The notes under the pieces: model-generated
Database searches by the model: none
Told to the model about the DNA's origin: nothing
The model's input: only the letters and a program-made list of their open reading frames with translations
From: Pseudoteredinibacter isoporae
GTDB lineage: Bacteria > Pseudomonadota > Gammaproteobacteria > Pseudomonadales > Cellvibrionaceae
DNA length: 64,000 nt
Direction of reading: 5' to 3'
Assembly: GCF_011602085.1 (NCBI RefSeq)
Contig: NZ_JAAONY010000004.1
Location: forward strand, 93,472-157,471
Shown: piece by piece, positions 55,501 to 64,000 of the stretch
How the letters are laid out: the number at the start of each line of letters is the position of its first letter
Numbering within the stretch: the stretch's first letter is position 1
Translations under genes and position numbers: made by a program

Positions 55501-55658
55501 TCGGCATCGGAAGCATTCACAAAAGCCTGATACATAAGCTGAATTGCTTGAGAATTAAAAATTTCCCTTTGCTTATTTAGCTTTAGCTCATTTAGCTCGT
55601 GTTCCAGCTCTTTTATGTACTCATCTGAAACTGTATTTTTAGGACTTTCTATTAACAA
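52545..55658 (-). CDS. Multidomain c-di-GMP protein: N-terminal GAF-like, PAS, PAS, GGDEF, EAL
   Basis: [11 protein letters not shown] (GGDEF), [12 protein letters not shown] and [27 protein letters not shown] (EAL), and PAS motifs. 1037 aa from a TTG at 55658 (GGAAGA upstream); first in-frame ATG at 55535. Start is uncertain. Confidence 0.85.
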   Translation of the reverse strand: [1037 protein letters not shown]

Positions 55659-56083
55659 AACACATCTTCCACGTCAGATTTGTTAAATAGCCACTTTTTA
55701 TAGGTATTTATAGCTGCGATTTGAAGCAAGCCAGTGTTAATTTCGTTGGCGATAATGGAGTATAGATATAACTTGGCAATTGCGCTAATTGGCGAGTCCG
55801 GATAAGCAAAATTGATCATTTACCCCTAAGAAGAAGGGTTTTTCTTCATTCAATCTTGTTTAAGAGAAAGTGGACGGTGTTCTAGTCTAGAGAATCAGTC
55901 TTAATATGAGGGTAAAGGCGTGACCAATTATTCTAGGACAGTTTATAGGGGAATTAATTTCATTTATGTTTATCAGAGTTACGGATATGAGGACCGGCGC
56001 ATGTTTTATCCTCACTGAGCTTGTCTGTATTAAAACTGCTTGATAAAAGTAGTTTCGCGTATTTACTTTACAAGGAATGAAAT

Positions 56084-56416
56084 ATGGGAATCTTAATGAA
56101 AATGCGCGAAAACCGCGCGATTAAGAGTATAGCCAGAAACCTGCCTCCATTTTTAGTTTCAGGGTATGGGGGCCATGAAGTCTACACACCCGGCCAGGTT
56201 GCAAAGGCCATGGAAGAAATAGGTTGTGATACAAGCTTTATTGATTACGCCTATGCGATGTTTTGTTCCGAAGAAGATTTTGAGACAGTCAGTGAGGGGG
56301 ATTACCAATCTCTTCAATCCGAATTTAATGAAGTCTGTTCTGAGGGCGGAGGTTTGTTTTCCTCATCTGATGCGTCAATAGGTGATGCTGGCGGTGATTC
56401 AGGTGGTGGGGATTAG
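56084..56416 (+). CDS. Small hypothetical protein with Gly/Asp/Ser-rich tail
   Basis: AAGGAA RBS and ATG at 56084. 110 aa ending SSSDASIGDAGGDSGGGD. Lies in an AT-rich islet. Confidence 0.35.
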   Translation: MGILMKMRENRAIKSIARNLPPFLVSGYGGHEVYTPGQVAKAMEEIGCDTSFIDYAYAMFCSEEDFETVSEGDYQSLQSEFNEVCSEGGGLFSSSDASIGDAGGDSGGGD

Positions 56417-56531
56417 TCAAATCAGTCAGAATGCTACCTTACGGAAATTCTTACAGGGTTCTGGTGTGAATGGGCTCCTATCCAATTATCTGGAGTCCTC
56501 CAAATTAGGCGTGTTAAGCTTTTGATCAACT

Positions 56532-56852
56532 ATGTTTAGAAGAAAATGCCCAGAATGCGGAATGAAAAGTATAAAAATTCCGCTCCTGAATTACGATTTT
56601 ATATGCTATGACTGCATATCCAGATTCAAATTGAGAAAGTGGGTTAAAACGGTTGAACATTCCATTGTATGCATTATTGGGGCTTTCGCTGTTATCGTAG
56701 GTATATACACTGAGAGTTGGCTGGTTTTTTTATTTTTAATGTTTGGCGTACCGGTTATTGCGGATCAGGTGGTGAGATTTAAAGGGCCTCTTGTTTTAGG
56801 AGGTGTTAAAGCTAGAGTTCGGGATAAAAGAACTACAGAATATAAAAACTAA
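56532..56852 (+). CDS. Small membrane protein with N-terminal Cys4 zinc-ribbon-like motif
   Basis: CPECG...CYDC motif followed by 2 TM helices. 106 aa. Followed directly by a bidirectional terminator. Confidence 0.35.
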   Translation: MFRRKCPECGMKSIKIPLLNYDFICYDCISRFKLRKWVKTVEHSIVCIIGAFAVIVGIYTESWLVFLFLMFGVPVIADQVVRFKGPLVLGGVKARVRDKRTTEYKN

Positions 56853-56879
56853 AACAGGGCTTCTAAAGGCCCTGTTTTC
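56853..56879. terminator. Bidirectional Rho-independent terminator
   Basis: aaaacagggc-ttctaaag-gccctgtttt. Lies between convergent genes 56532-56852 (+) and 56924-57583 (-). Confidence 0.75.
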
Positions 56880-56923
56880 AAGAGCCATAAGTGCATTTCT
56901 GTAAATTTCGATCCCTTCACATA

Positions 56924-57583
56924 CTATCTTGCAAAACAAGCGTTAATCCACGCACCAATATCTTGAATCTGCTCCATTACAACCTGATGCTCCATCGGGT
57001 AGGTTTTCCACTGGGTTGAATAGCCCAAGGTATTTAGCGTTTCAACCGCTTGTTCACCCAGGTTTACGGCCACCACTGGGTCTCGGGTACCGTGACTGGC
57101 AAAGAAAGGGGTATTCTGGTTGGCTTCACTGCGCTCCTCCGGCAGCTGCTCCGCAAACAGCATATAGGTCGACATGGTTAACACCCCGGCAAGTTTGTGC
57201 TGGGTGCGCAGGGCTGCGTAGTAACTGATGGCTCCGCCTTGGGAGAAACCTGCCAAAATAATATTTTCGGCAGGTATGCCTTGTGCGATTTGCTCTTCTA
57301 TCAGTTTCTCTACAGCGGCATACGATTCTTCAACGCCCGCCCGATCCTGCTTTTCTTCGATGCTCATACCTTTGATGTCGTACCAACCCGGCATCCTCAT
57401 GCCACCATTGATCGTAATCGGGCGGTCAGGTGCCTGAGGGAACACAAAGCGAATGGCGGGGGTGGGGTTTAAACCCAGATGCGGAACAACCGGTGGAAAA
57501 TCATCGCATGAAGCGCCTAGCCCATGCAGCCAAATAATGGCATGGCTGGGAGTGCCGGTTCCGTGGGTCAATTCAATGGCCAT
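56924..57583 (-). CDS. Alpha/beta-hydrolase carboxylesterase / phospholipase-esterase family
   Basis: GFSQGGA nucleophile elbow and HGLGAS. 219 aa. ATG at 57583. Confidence 0.8.
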   Translation of the reverse strand: MAIELTHGTGTPSHAIIWLHGLGASCDDFPPVVPHLGLNPTPAIRFVFPQAPDRPITINGGMRMPGWYDIKGMSIEEKQDRAGVEESYAAVEKLIEEQIAQGIPAENIILAGFSQGGAISYYAALRTQHKLAGVLTMSTYMLFAEQLPEERSEANQNTPFFASHGTRDPVVAVNLGEQAVETLNTLGYSTQWKTYPMEHQVVMEQIQDIGAWINACFAR

Positions 57584-57820
57584 AAAATCAATATCCTGTT
57601 CAGTTCTTGTTGCTACAGAGCATTACAGCGTATGCCTGTACATCTTGAATGACTCGAGCCTGTTAGCGGATTTAACCTTCTTAACGGGCTCACTTCACAC
57701 ACCCGTTTTTATAAATCCGGGTGTAAATATTTTTGGCTAGTATAAGCGTTGAGAGACCTCGTATTCAAAGCTGATCGGCGGGCTCGATTGACCATAGTCT
57801 TTCGACGGGCTGAAAACAAA

Positions 57821-57850
57821 AAATCCGATGTTATTGCTAACATCGGATTT
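57821..57850 (-). terminator. Rho-independent terminator downstream of gcvP
   Basis: aaaaaatccgatgtt-attgct-aacatcggattttt has a perfect 11-bp stem flanked by A- and T-tracts. It lies 50 nt after the gcvP stop. Confidence 0.8.
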
Positions 57851-57898
57851 TTATTACAAGACGTTTTCTTTCGTTTATTTAGAGAAAGTAGACCAAGC

Positions 57899-60778
57899 CT
57901 AGTCCATATACTCCTCAATACTCGGGCAGGAACACACCAGGTTCCGATCCCCGTACACGTTGTCGATACGATTCACCGTTGGCCATACTTTGTGTTGTTT
58001 CAACCACGAGGCAGGGCGGGCGGCGATTTCTCGGCTGTAAGGGCGATCCCACTCATCGCTCATCACATCGTCTTGAGTGTGCGGGGCGTTGTGCAGTGGG
58101 TTGTTGTCTTTTGGATACTCGCCGGATTCTACTTGGGCGATTTCCTTACGGATGGTCACCATGGCTTCGATAAAGCGATCCAGTTCTTCTTTGGATTCGG
58201 ATTCCGTTGGCTCGATCATCAGGGTGCCGGCAACCGGGAAGCTCATGGTTGGGGCGTGATAACCGAAGTCGTTCAAGCGCTTGGCGATATCTTCTTCGGT
58301 GATGCCGCTGGCTTCTTTTAATGGACGCAAATCCAACAGGCATTCGTGCGCGACAAAACCATTTTTGCCTTTAAACAAAATCGGGTAGTGCTCGCCCAGT
58401 TTTTTGGCCATGTAGTTGGCGTTCAACATCGCGAACTGGCTGGCTTGTTTCATGCCCTGGCGGCCCATCATCTTAATGTACATATACGAGATTGGCAGAA
58501 TGGAGGCGCTGCCCCAAGGTGCGGCAGAAACGACGCCGTTGCTGACGTCGGTTTCAGGTACAGGCTGTACCGGGTGACCCGCAACGAACGGAGCCAGATG
58601 CTCTTTAACACCGATGGGACCCATGCCCGGGCCACCACCACCGTGAGGAATACAGAAGGTTTTGTGCAGGTTCAAGTGAGATACATCACCACCGAAGCTG
58701 CCTGGGCCAGCGATGCCCACCAGGGCATTCATATTGGCGCCATCGACATACACCTGACCGCCAACGGAGTGAATCAGATCGCACAATTCTACGATCTCTT
58801 CTTCAAATACACCGTGGGTAGATGGGTAGGTCACCATAATGCAGGAAATGCGCTGACCGTATTCTTCAACCTTCGCGCGGATGTCATCCATGCAAACGTT
58901 ACCGTTGGCATCGCATTTGGTCACAACCACTTTCATGCCGGCCATTTGTGCCGAAGCCGGGTTGGTGCCGTGTGCTGAGGATGGAATCAAGCAAATGTCG
59001 CGATCGAATTCGCCTTTGCTGTGGTGGTACTTTTTGATTGCCAGTAGGCCAGCGTATTCGCCCTGGGCACCTGAGTTAGGTTGTAAGCTTACCGCATCGT
59101 AACCGGTACATTCCTGCAACATTTTTTGCAGTTCAGTAAACAGCTGCTTGTAACCTTCAGCTTGATCAATCGGTGCGAAGGGGTGAATGCGACCGAACTC
59201 AGGCCAGGTGACTGGGATCATTTCAGAGGTGGCGTTCAGCTTCATGGTACAGCTGCCCAGTGGAATCATGGAATGATTCAGGGCAATGTCTTTGCTTTCC
59301 AAGCGCTTCAGGTAGCGCAGCATTTCGGTTTCGCTGTGATAGCGATTGAAAACCGGGTGGCTCAGGATATCGTCGGTGCGCAACAGTTCGGCAGGAATAC
59401 CTTCGCTGGTGGCCAGCTCGGCTTCAATTGTTGTGGCGTCGATAGCCTGGCCGGTAATCACTTCCAGCAGCTCGCTGACGTCGTCCAGTTTGGTGGTTTC
59501 GTTCAAGCTGAGGGTAATGTGCTCTTCACCCAGCTGACGCAAATTGATTTCTTTGGCGGTGGCGCGCGCCAGAATGTCGGCGGTGCTGTCGCTTTCAATC
59601 GCCAGAGTATCGAAGAAGGTGTTGTGAACCAGTTTTACGCCAGCTTGCTCCAGACCTTGAGCCAATACAGCCGTTAAACGGTGAATACGGTGAGCGATGC
59701 GACGCAGGCCATCCGGCCCGTGGTAAACGGCGTAGAAAGAGCTCATTAATGCCAGCAATACCTGGGAGGTACAGATGTTGGAGTTGGCTTTCTCGCGGCG
59801 GATATGCTGCTCGCGCGTTTGCATGGCCATGCGATACGCCTGCTTGCCGCGGGCATCGATGGAAACACCGATAATACGACCCGGTGCAGAACGCTTGTAC
59901 TTTTCACGGAAGGCGAAGAAAGCCGCGTGTGGACCACCAAAACCCATCGGCACACCAAAACGCTGATTGGTGCCTACGACAACATCTGCACCCATGCTGC
60001 CCGGGGATTTCAGGAGGATGAGGCTCATGATGTCGGCGGCAACAGTCACCAGCGCATCCGCAGCGTGGGCCTGATCAATGATGGCCGTCAGGTCTTTGAT
60101 TTCACCGCTGGTGCCCGGGTATTGCAGTAGCACGCCGAAATATTCCAGGCCTTCCAGATCGGTTTCCGGGTTGCCGATTTTGATGTCAAAACCAAAGTGC
60201 TCAGCGCGGGTTTCAATAACGGCAATAGTTTGTGGATGTGTGGCGGCATCAATAAAGAAGGTATTGGATTTGTTCTTCTTCATTTGGCGCTTACACATGG
60301 CCATGGCTTCGGCGGCAGCGGTACCTTCATCCAGCATCGAGGCGTTGGCGATCTCCATGCCGGTGAGATCCATAGCCATCTGCTGGAAGTTGATCAAACC
60401 TTCCAGGCGACCTTGTGCGATTTCTGGCTGGTAGGGGGTATAGGCGGTGTACCAGCCCGGGTTTTCCAGCACATTGCGCAGAATGACGTTCGGTACATAG
60501 GTGTCGTGGTAGCCCATGCCGATGTAGCTTTTGAAAACCTTGTTTTTCTGGGCGATCTCGCGGATTTCCGCCAGGGCGGTTTGCTCGCTCACCGCTTCAG
60601 CCAAGTCCAGCTCATCTTTCTTCAAGATGCCGTTGGGTACGGTTTTCTCAATCAGCTCTTCAACGGTGTTAACACCCAGTTCGGCCAACATAGCCTCAAC
60701 TTGGGCGGAGTTTGGGCCAATATGGCGGCTGATAAATTCATCGTTATGGGCCAGGGTCTGATACGGTGTAACGGACAT
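57899..60778 (-). CDS. gcvP: Glycine dehydrogenase (decarboxylating), single-chain P-protein GcvP
   Basis: N-terminus [22 protein letters not shown] is the typical GcvP start, and a PLP-dependent fold runs throughout. About 959 aa. ATG 60778 has AAAGG 7 nt upstream; an alternative ATG lies at 60784. Confidence 0.95.
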   Translation of the reverse strand: MSVTPYQTLAHNDEFISRHIGPNSAQVEAMLAELGVNTVEELIEKTVPNGILKKDELDLAEAVSEQTALAEIREIAQKNKVFKSYIGMGYHDTYVPNVILRNVLENPGWYTAYTPYQPEIAQGRLEGLINFQQMAMDLTGMEIANASMLDEGTAAAEAMAMCKRQMKKNKSNTFFIDAATHPQTIAVIETRAEHFGFDIKIGNPETDLEGLEYFGVLLQYPGTSGEIKDLTAIIDQAHAADALVTVAADIMSLILLKSPGSMGADVVVGTNQRFGVPMGFGGPHAAFFAFREKYKRSAPGRIIGVSIDARGKQAYRMAMQTREQHIRREKANSNICTSQVLLALMSSFYAVYHGPDGLRRIAHRIHRLTAVLAQGLEQAGVKLVHNTFFDTLAIESDSTADILARATAKEINLRQLGEEHITLSLNETTKLDDVSELLEVITGQAIDATTIEAELATSEGIPAELLRTDDILSHPVFNRYHSETEMLRYLKRLESKDIALNHSMIPLGSCTMKLNATSEMIPVTWPEFGRIHPFAPIDQAEGYKQLFTELQKMLQECTGYDAVSLQPNSGAQGEYAGLLAIKKYHHSKGEFDRDICLIPSSAHGTNPASAQMAGMKVVVTKCDANGNVCMDDIRAKVEEYGQRISCIMVTYPSTHGVFEEEIVELCDLIHSVGGQVYVDGANMNALVGIAGPGSFGGDVSHLNLHKTFCIPHGGGGPGMGPIGVKEHLAPFVAGHPVQPVPETDVSNGVVSAAPWGSASILPISYMYIKMMGRQGMKQASQFAMLNANYMAKKLGEHYPILFKGKNGFVAHECLLDLRPLKEASGITEEDIAKRLNDFGYHAPTMSFPVAGTLMIEPTESESKEELDRFIEAMVTIRKEIAQVESGEYPKDNNPLHNAPHTQDDVMSDEWDRPYSREIAARPASWLKQHKVWPTVNRIDNVYGDRNLVCSCPSIEEYMD

Positions 60779-60931
60779 AGACATACCTTTGTACGGCCGC
60801 TTCAGCGGCAAAAGCTTTCTTGGAAAGATCTTGCAGCAAGCAGCAATTCTCGCCCAGGCCAGTACTGGCGGGCGTTTGGGTGCATGGGGCCAAAATGGCG
60901 ATTAAAAAGTGGCGCAATTTTAGCAAACGGG

Positions 60932-60966
60932 TTTCCTATAGGGCAATGGAAATTTCCTATAGGAAA
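60932..60966. promoter_or_regulatory. Direct repeat of palindromic TTTCCTATAGG(AAA) motif upstream of gcvP (candidate operator)
   Basis: gTTTCCTATAGGgcaatggaaaTTTCCTATAGGAAAc shows two copies 21 bp apart. The second is a perfect 14-bp palindrome. It lies 155-190 bp upstream of the gcvP ATG. Confidence 0.4.
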
Positions 60967-61198
60967 CAGCTTGTACAAGAAGCGGGCAGGGTACACACTT
61001 TGACTATTTAGATGCCAGTCAAATATCGACATAGCCCTCGGGAATACTAATAATTGCTTAAGCTATAGTCACACCGGGCGATACATTCTAAAGCCTCTGA
61101 AAAATCAGAGATTTAAAGGCTCAGAAAGCAACTGAGCCGCCAGCATTTGCCATTGGAGGGTGTTAGAACCAGGGTGATTGCGGATTTTGGAAAAAGAT

Positions 61199-64000
61199 AT
61201 GGCCCTTAGACAAAACCTGTGCGGTATGCCTCGATCTGGCTTGGTCAGATGGCTGCTTTGCGCCTGTGTTTTGTGCTTTTCCATCGTGAGCCAAGGGGCG
61301 GAAGATGGAATGCTGATGGGTAGCGTTTCCCCGGCATCGAGTAACAGCTCCAATCTTGATGTGGTCGAACTGCCTGAAACCACCGCCGCGATGTCCCATC
61401 AATTCCTCGATTTGGGGCTGCGCGAAGCGTCGACCTTATTGGTCGGAGCCGTGGTTGCCTCCATTGCCTTGTTGGTTTCTGTACTGGTTCTGGCTTTTAT
61501 TAACCTGCGCACTCGTGGGCAATGGCTGTCACTGGCGTTTATCCTGACAACATTGCTGGGGTTGGAGCTGTGGCTGGAAAGCTACATCAGCTATCGCCAT
61601 GAGCAGGATGATCGAGCCCATATTGCCCGACGCCTGAGCATGGTTCGGGCCAACCTTGAAAGTATCCTCAATAATAATCTCTCGCTGATTAAAGGTATGG
61701 GTATTGCCATTGCCGCGAACCCCGATCTGAGCAAGCGCGAGTTCAATCTGTACGCCCGGGAAATTTTGCGCACAGAAACTCTCCTGTTGAATTTTGCCGC
61801 TGCCCCCGATTACGTTGTTAAGTACGTTTATCCGGAAAAGGGCAATGAAGCGGTCATCGGCTTGGAGTATATGTCGACGCCCGGTCAGCGTGAGGATGTG
61901 CTGCGAGTCAAAAACATGCGCCGGATGTTGGTGGCGGGGCCGGTCAATATCGTGCAGGGGGGTTGGGCCTTTATTGGTCGAGCACCGGTTTACTACGCGG
62001 ATCCAGTTACCGGTGATGAGATGTTCTGGGGCATTATCTCTTCACCGATGATCGTGGATGAAGTCTATAAAGCCGCAGGTGTTCATGACTTAGCCAAGGA
62101 CCAGGGCATTGCAATTCGCAAAAAAGGTTTGAACGGCGAAAAGCGTTCGGTGTTTTTTGGTGATGATCAGGTGTTTGAACAAAACCCTGTGATCAGCGAA
62201 ATGTTGATCGGCGCAGAAATGTGGCAGTTGGCCTCGATACCCAATAAACAACCGGATGGATTGGCATCAGCGTTAAACGGTTTACGCCTTGGTTTTTTAT
62301 TGTTGTTATTGGCGGGTGCATTTTTTCTTCATGTGCGCATTCGCCAGGGCAATGAACGAAAAAAACTCATATCGGCGTTGCGTTATCGTGAGCGTATGTT
62401 GGCCCAAGTTGGGCGCATTGCCAGCGTTGGCGGTTTTGAATATGAGGTTGATAGGGGTTTTATCTATTGGTCCCGGGAAGTGTTCAAAATTTTGGGGGTG
62501 CCGTTCAGCCGTGGGCCGCTCCATGATGTTGATTTTATACAATTGATCGAGCCTGCCTGCCGTGAAAAAGTCAGGGATGCGCTCCATACCTTGTCTGAAT
62601 CAGCCAGCGAAACCTCATTGGAACTCGAACTGCAACTGGATGATGGACGTCACAAATGGGTCGCGATACAGGCCTATTCAGAAATCAGTGATGAAGGCCA
62701 TGTGAAAATCAAAGGTGCTATTCAAAATATTACCGAGCGCAAAAAATCCGAGCTGACGATTTTGCGTCAGGCGAACTACGATACCTTAACCCAGTTACCA
62801 AACCGCAGTCTGTTTGATAATCGTTTGATTTCAGCGGTGGCGAGTGCCAATCGCAGTGGTGAAAAGTTCGCCTTGCTGTTTATTGATCTGGATCGATTTA
62901 AATCGGTAAACGATTCTCTGGGGCACGCGGTTGGGGATCAATTGCTGCAAACTGTAGCTGAACGCTTAAGCACCTGTACCCGTGAGTCGGATACATTGTC
63001 TCGCCGAAGTGGCGATGAATTTACGTTAATTGCCACGCAAATAAAAAGCGCTAAATGTGTTGAAACCGTCGCGCGTAAAATTATTGAAGAGCTGAAGCTG
63101 CCCATTTGTATCAGCGGGAATCAGATTTATGTCACCGCCAGTATCGGTATCACCTTGTTCCCGGATGATGCCAGCAACGCTGAAACCCTGCTGAAAAATG
63201 CGGACCAAGCGATGTATGCAGCAAAAGAACTGGGTCGAAACCGTTTCCGTTTTTATACGACCATGATGCAAAACGATGCCGATGAGCGCCTGCGTATGCA
63301 CATGGATTTGATCGATGCCATCGAGCACAAACAGTTGAAAGTGTTCTATCAACCTATTTTGGATCTGAAAAGTGGCGACGTCTGTGAGGTAGAGGCGCTG
63401 CTGCGTTGGCAGCATCCGAAGCAGGGCTTTATCCCGCCGGATAAATTTATTCCCTTAGCCGAAGATGTGGGTTTGATCTCCCAGCTGGGCGAGATCTCGA
63501 TGAAAACCGCTATCGCGGATATTCTCGAGGTGAATAAAGATTTTGGCCTGAATATTGGCCTGTCGTTGAACAAATCTTACCGGGAGTTTTTCGGCTCTGT
63601 GGATGATGGCGATGAGCCCTGGCTGAATACCTTATTGTCGCCTGCGGAGCGCCCGCCTATAACCATTGAAATTACCGAATCCATTCTGATGGAAGATGAT
63701 CAGGTTTATCAAATTCTCGACAAACTGCGCAAAGCAGGAATCAAGATCGCCATCGACGATTTTGGTACGGGGTATTCCTCCTTGAGTTATCTGAGACGCT
63801 TTCCGGTGGATTGGCTCAAGATTGACCGTTCCTTCGTTCGTGATATTGAGGACGATCACGAGGATCTGGCCTTGGTGGAAAGTATTCTTGCAATGGCTCA
63901 TAAGTTGAGCCTGGCTGTAGTGGCTGAAGGCTTGGAAACCGAAGAGCAGCTGCGGTTATTGCAAATGCATCAGTGCGACATGGCCCAGGGCTTTTTCCTG
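61199..64000 (+). CDS. CHASE-domain sensor, TM, PAS, degenerate GGDEF (RSGDEF), EAL protein; 3' end beyond window
   Basis: Hand translation of frame 2 from ATG 61199 gives a TM helix, a CHASE-like periplasmic domain ([64 protein letters not shown]...), a second TM, PAS, then a GGDEF region ([26 protein letters not shown]) and EAL ([51 protein letters not shown]). No stop occurs before 64000. The ORF is absent from the track because it is open-ended. Confidence 0.8.
   Translation, partial: [934 protein letters not shown]

Noticed and set aside
60779-61100. Glycine riboswitch in gcvP leader
   Set aside because: The leader was read in reverse complement and the conserved riboswitch cores are absent. 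Only a generic hairpin and the palindromic DNA repeat are present. An Rfam scan would be needed to be certain.
1-64000. Search for tRNA, rRNA, CRISPR arrays, IS elements or integrases
   Set aside because: No cloverleaf-like GTTCGAATC/TPsiC motifs in intergenic regions, no spaced identical repeats, and no transposase or integrase-like ORFs were seen by eye. Absence is not proven without tRNAscan, CRISPR or IS tools.

Overview
The window appears to be chromosomal DNA from a (probably marine) gammaproteobacterium. It is gene-dense and contains no rRNA, tRNA, CRISPR array, transposase or integrase. Three themes dominate.

(1) Iron acquisition and the Fur regulon. There are three TonB-dependent receptors. 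A 12-gene minus-strand operon (15945->4112) is headed by a Fur box. It combines a TonB2-type energizer (DUF3450/TtpB-like, long TtpC-like MotA/TolQ protein, ExbB, ExbD, TonB, TPR/TtpD-like) with an extracytoplasmic flavinylation module (ApbE fused to DUF2271, a second free DUF2271 carrying a DGVTGAT flavinylation-type motif, DUF4198, a PepSY-TM protein), an EF-hand lipoprotein and a receptor. There are also two paralogous FoxB/FpvG-like PepSY-TM / DUF3649 / DUF3325 modules with their receptors, a divergent AraC regulator and an OmpR-type two-component system. A Fur-box-preceded fagA-like / fumC / methyltransferase operon, an imelysin / DUF1513 / multicopper-oxidase cluster and gcvP complete the theme.

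(2) c-di-GMP and chemotaxis signalling. The window holds four GGDEF/EAL proteins: a TPR-GGDEF, a GAF-GGDEF, a PAS-GGDEF-EAL, and a CHASE-PAS-GGDEF-EAL. There is also a PAS gene translationally coupled to an MCP that carries a C-terminal zinc-binding (CZB) domain.

(3) The stand-out locus is 28.8-38.5 kb. A strong sigma70 promoter with a palindromic operator drives a YjfI-like (DUF2170) gene, a PspA/IM30 (ESCRT-III-like) gene, a YqiJ-like membrane protein and a flotillin (SPFH) gene. Next comes a 1792-aa soluble protein built from an N-terminal beta-rich domain, about 850 aa of helical/coiled-coil sequence, one classical AAA ATPase module and an acidic Lys/Pro/Glu tail. The locus ends in a clean intrinsic terminator. 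I could not assign the giant protein to any characterised family. Linking an ESCRT-III-like protein and a flotillin to a giant classical AAA ATPase suggests an undescribed membrane-remodelling, stress or defence system.

Start codons were re-derived by hand because the ORF track prints M for TTG/GTG/CTG starts.
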